Notes under the pieces: generated by a model | What the model saw: only the letters and a program-made list of their open reading frames with translations | Database searches by the model: none | Told to the model about the DNA's origin: nothing | Part shown: positions 59,515 to 64,000 of the stretch, one piece after another | How positions within the stretch are numbered: position 1 is the stretch's first letter | How the letters are laid out: each line of letters begins with the position of its first letter | Made by a program: the position numbers and the translations under genes | Source: Eledone cirrhosa | Taxonomy: Eukaryota | Assembly (NCBI GenBank): GCA_964016885.1 | Contig: OZ024756.1 | Coordinates: forward strand, 32,736,001 to 32,800,000 | Direction of reading: 5' to 3' | DNA: 64,000 bases

Positions 59515-59609
59515 CATGTATAGATGTTATGTATATATATATATATACATGTATATGTTATATATATATACATACATGTATATATATATATACACACATG
59601 TACATATGT

Positions 59610-59673
<64 letters not shown>

Positions 59674-59786
59674 CATATATCTTCATAGACAGTCGTTCGA
59701 CTTTCGTCAAATCGGACCAAAGAAATAACGTTTTCATAGGTCTTTGTAATGGCTAATACTATATTTCGGTCGCAACTCCAGGTAGA

Positions 59787-59857
59787 AGGAGCAACGTGAA
59801 AATAAAGTGTCTTGCTCAAGGACATAATGCATCACCTGATCCGGGAATCAAACTCTC
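59787..59857 (-). mobile_element. SINE family 2 fragment
   Basis: ggagcaacgtgaaaataaagtgtcttgctcaaggaca...ccgggaatcaaac (B-box on minus). Confidence 0.65.
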
Positions 59858-59897
59858 CTATATATATATATATATAAAGAGAGAGAGAGAGAGGCAT

Positions 59898-59983
59898 TCT
59901 TTCATCCTTACGGGGTCGATAAAATAAAGTACCAGTAATACACTGTTTAATTGCTGGCCTTGTGCCTAAAGTAGAAACAATTA
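59898..59983 (+). mobile_element. SINE family 1, 3' half
   Basis: tttcatccttacggggtcgataaaataaagtaccag...gtagaaacaatta. Confidence 0.88.
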
Positions 59984-60671
59984 TATATATATACATACTT
60001 ATGGAAGCCTAGATGAGGTTTCTATATATCTAGATCAGTTTGTAGGAGTAACGTTGAATCATCCCATATAAAATGTCTTACATAATTACGCGAACATACT
60101 ATGACTCATTTAATTTGAACGGAAGAAAGTAATTCGGGGAAGGAAATCATTTGGTTGGCTTCTGTTTATTTTCATCACTTTATATGTTTACTTTTATACA
60201 ACGGTATGTATAGCATCTGCCATATTATATGAGAAATGAATCACAATGGACATCCATCTTGAAATTAGTCGGTCATGTGTTTCCTCCACCAAAAAACGCT
60301 GGCAACGTAATGTATGATTGTTGCCAGGACACAGGGTCTAGGCAATATATGTATGCATGAAATACACTTAATATTCCTTCATATTTTGTCCGTGTCTTTC
60401 TCTCATCCCTCTTAGCTAGATTTCTATATCTTTTTCCATATCTCATTCCATTTTCTGATGAAAGACTAGCCTCCAAAACGTCAATGTTCTGTTCCTATTA
60501 TATGAAAAGTAGTGAGTGCGAGCACATTTTTTTTTTTGTCTCAAATGATAATTTAACGTCCAATATGCCACGAACTGTTTCCTCCTATATGAAGTGTTAA
60601 ACTAGTATATATCTATATATCACGCATTGTACTGTATCGCCCCGGTGTTATTATCCGTAGTCATATGCATG

Positions 60672-60709
<38 letters not shown>

Positions 60710-60830
60710 ATGTAAGTCTGTGTGTGTGCGTATACAACAACTTGGCTCATATCAAAGTTCACAAAAAAGAACAGACATTCTCTAGCGCCCAGCTACACAT
60801 ACAGATAAACAAAACATAATACATACACAT

Positions 60831-60883
<53 letters not shown>

Positions 60884-60893
60884 AATATATATG

Positions 60894-60929
<36 letters not shown>

Positions 60930-60952
60930 TATGCATGTATATATGTGTGTAC

Positions 60953-61002
<50 letters not shown>

Positions 61003-61152
61003 GTGTGTCTATCTTTGCAGACATATGTACACACAGGAATATATAAACATATGTATATATATATATATATATATGTTTGTGTGTGTCCATTTATACAGAC
61101 ATGTACACACACACAAGCACACAAGCACACACACACATACACATACACACAT

Positions 61153-61226
<74 letters not shown>

Positions 61227-61689
61227 TTATATATATATATATATATATATGTGTTTATATATATATATATATATATATGTGTTTATATATATATATATAT
61301 ATATGTGTGTGTATTCATATATATATGTTTGTGTGCGCGTCTATTTATACAAACATATGTACACACTCACAAGCACACACATTTATATATATGTATACAT
61401 ATATATATGTTTGTCTGTGTCTATTTATACAGACATATGTACACACACACACAAGCACATACCTATTCCAAGTTCTCAAATTACCCATTGCCCTTTCGCT
61501 TTCCTTCTGTCTAAATTGCTCTTTAAAATAAATTACCCAAATATACCCCAACAAAGAACAACAAACTAAGAAAAAATAAATACTAAATAAACTAACTTCA
61601 AAATAGGGACCAGAATGGTAAAAAATAAATAAGGGATGCGATTGAAAAATAATCCACGTGTATTTTTTTTTAGTTCATGTTCTTGTTCT

Positions 61690-61695
61690 TCTTGA

Positions 61696-61726
<31 letters not shown>

Positions 61727-61787
61727 ATTGTTGCTGTTGTTGTTCTTCTTCTTTCCCTTTTTTCTTCTTCTTCTTCTTCTTCTTCTT

Positions 61788-61852
<65 letters not shown>
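61690..61852. repeat. (GTT)n-(TTC)n-(TTA)n compound repeat
   Basis: Direct inspection. Confidence 0.95.
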
Positions 61853-61853
<1 letters not shown>

Positions 61854-62060
61854 TGTCTGCTTCTTTTTTACCTTCTTGTTCTTCTTTTACACCTTCTTCC
61901 TCGCCTTCTTCTACATCTTCTTCTTTATCTTTTCTTTCACTTTGATATAGCCGTAAGCGTAGTAGTGGTAGTAGCAACAGCAACTCTAGTAGTATTAGAA
62001 GTAATATTACTATTATTATTACTATTATGCTTGTGTGTGTGTGTACATGTCTGCATAAAT

Positions 62061-62126
<66 letters not shown>

Positions 62127-62159
62127 ACACACACACACATACACACACACACACACACT

Positions 62160-62202
<43 letters not shown>

Positions 62203-62240
62203 GTTTATATATATTCCTGTGTGTACATATGTCTGCAAAG

Positions 62241-62428
62241 GGCAGTGAATTGGCAGTATCGGTAGAGGGTTGAACGCCATGCTTTCTAGCCTAGTTACGT
62301 CCCAAATACATTCTGAGTTCCAATCCCGCCGAGGTTAACTTTGCCTTTCATCCTTACGGGGTCGATAAAATAAAGTACCAGTAATGTACTGGGCAAATGC
62401 TGGCCTTTTGCCTAAAGTAGAAACACTT
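62241..62428 (+). mobile_element. SINE family 1, full length
   Basis: ggcagtgaattggcagtatcggtagag...gagttccaatcccgccgagg...gtagaaacac. Confidence 0.92.
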
Positions 62429-62733
62429 ATTACTATTATTATTATTAAGTGTAATATGTTGTTTTATTTTTGTGTTGTTTATAGAATTCCCGAAGGAATG
62501 TTCCAATTTATATCGTCTTTCAACGACTCTCTCTTAAACCCGTCCAAACATTCTTGGCTCCAAGATGTTTTGGAACCGGTATACCATTCTTTTCCACTCC
62601 CTGTGTATCTATGAGGGTGGGTGACACATCTGAGTCTGGGTATATGTGTGTGGATATGTATGTGTGTTGCTCATTTCGCATATATGTATTATAGGCCCAA
62701 ATATATGACTGTTAGTGTAAGTCTATATGTATG

Positions 62734-62824
<91 letters not shown>

Positions 62825-62831
62825 GTATATA

Positions 62832-62893
<62 letters not shown>

Positions 62894-62916
62894 CACTCAT
62901 ACACACACACACACAG

Positions 62917-62977
<61 letters not shown>

Positions 62978-62987
62978 TATACACACG

Positions 62988-63033
<46 letters not shown>

Positions 63034-63320
63034 TGTACATATACACACGCACACAAACACATATGTATATATACTCACACAGACACACAGACACAGACAC
63101 ACACACACACACACACACACTCACACACACACATATATATATATATGTATATTTACACGTATATATCAGCAGTATTTATTCACAGTTGACAAGTTTTAGA
63201 TGAAAAGACCTAACCTTATCTTGGGAAATGCCTTTCTGCGAAAGTCTTTTATTTCCATTATCAAAATATCACATCACCCATGTAAACATACATCTGCTAA
63301 AACAAGCTGCCTGTCTGCTT

Positions 63321-63387
<67 letters not shown>

Positions 63388-63499
63388 GTATATATATATG
63401 CTTCTGTCTGTCTGTTCAGCCATGTCTATGTGTTTGTTGACATCAGTTTGTCGATCTATGTATCTAGTTGTATATCTATATGTCTATTACGATTATCCG

Positions 63500-63575
63500 G
63501 CTAGTGGTCGTGGGTTCGATTCCGGTTAGTGTATTGTCTCCTTGATCAAAGCACTTTATTTCACGTTACTCTAGC
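63500..63575 (+). mobile_element. SINE family 2 head
   Basis: ggtcgtgGGTTCGATTCC (B-box), then tccttgatcaaagcactttatttcacgtt. Confidence 0.6.
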
Positions 63576-63759
63576 CTACACATTTCGAAAACAAAGACAT
63601 GTATTCTATATGTAATGGAACAGATGTTGAGAATACGCATCTCTGTGGAATATTTCACCGGTAGCAAATCTAGGCATGAGGGTGAGGATTATGAACTCAG
63701 GGTGCACAGAGCCGAATCAAACATCACCTATGCACCGCCGGTGGACTCAGTACATTGCT

Positions 63760-63870
63760 TTTTGTCGAGTTTGAAAGGATTAAAGGCAAAGTTAACCTTG
63801 GTTAGATTTGAAATCAGAGCCCACCAATGCATTTAAACCAACGCTCTAACTACTCCGCCAATTTCTCGCC
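63760..63870 (-). mobile_element. SINE family 1, diverged
   Basis: aaggattaaaggcaaagttaacc...gatttgaaatcaga...ctctaactactccgccaa. Confidence 0.7.
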
Positions 63871-64000
63871 TTACTTAAAGTGCAGATTAATATCTAAGAG
63901 GTTGATTTTATGGAACAACAAAAATATAAAGACATGAATGTATAGTAAATTAAAATCCACATTTAATCAAGGTTGAAATGTATTTGTCAGAAGGTATATG

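Overview
Eukaryotic, very AT-rich DNA saturated with microsatellites ((TA)n, (CA)n, (GA)n, (TTC)n, (GAT)n). It looks like a cephalopod/octopus-type intron or intergenic region, inferred from the SINE types and repeat density. No intact protein-coding gene is supported; nearly all listed ORFs are translated microsatellites. Real content: (1) about 20 copies of a tRNA-headed SINE plus a second SINE family; (2) a decayed restriction-like endonuclease fragment of a non-LTR retrotransposon (18929-19590); (3) a candidate recursive splice site (17115/17116); (4) the main signal, more than 20 short elements from at least 7 families sitting inside (TA)n tracts. Most carry complete or partial minimal type I hammerhead ribozyme motifs, including U3-A8 core variants and palindromic stem III. 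Many are asymmetric fold-backs whose arms read outward from the centre and end at internal TA microhomologies. One copy is preceded by a decayed Penelope-like GIY-YIG C-terminal motif, so these are read as non-autonomous Penelope-like derivatives. All alignments and folds were done by eye; no search or folding program was run.
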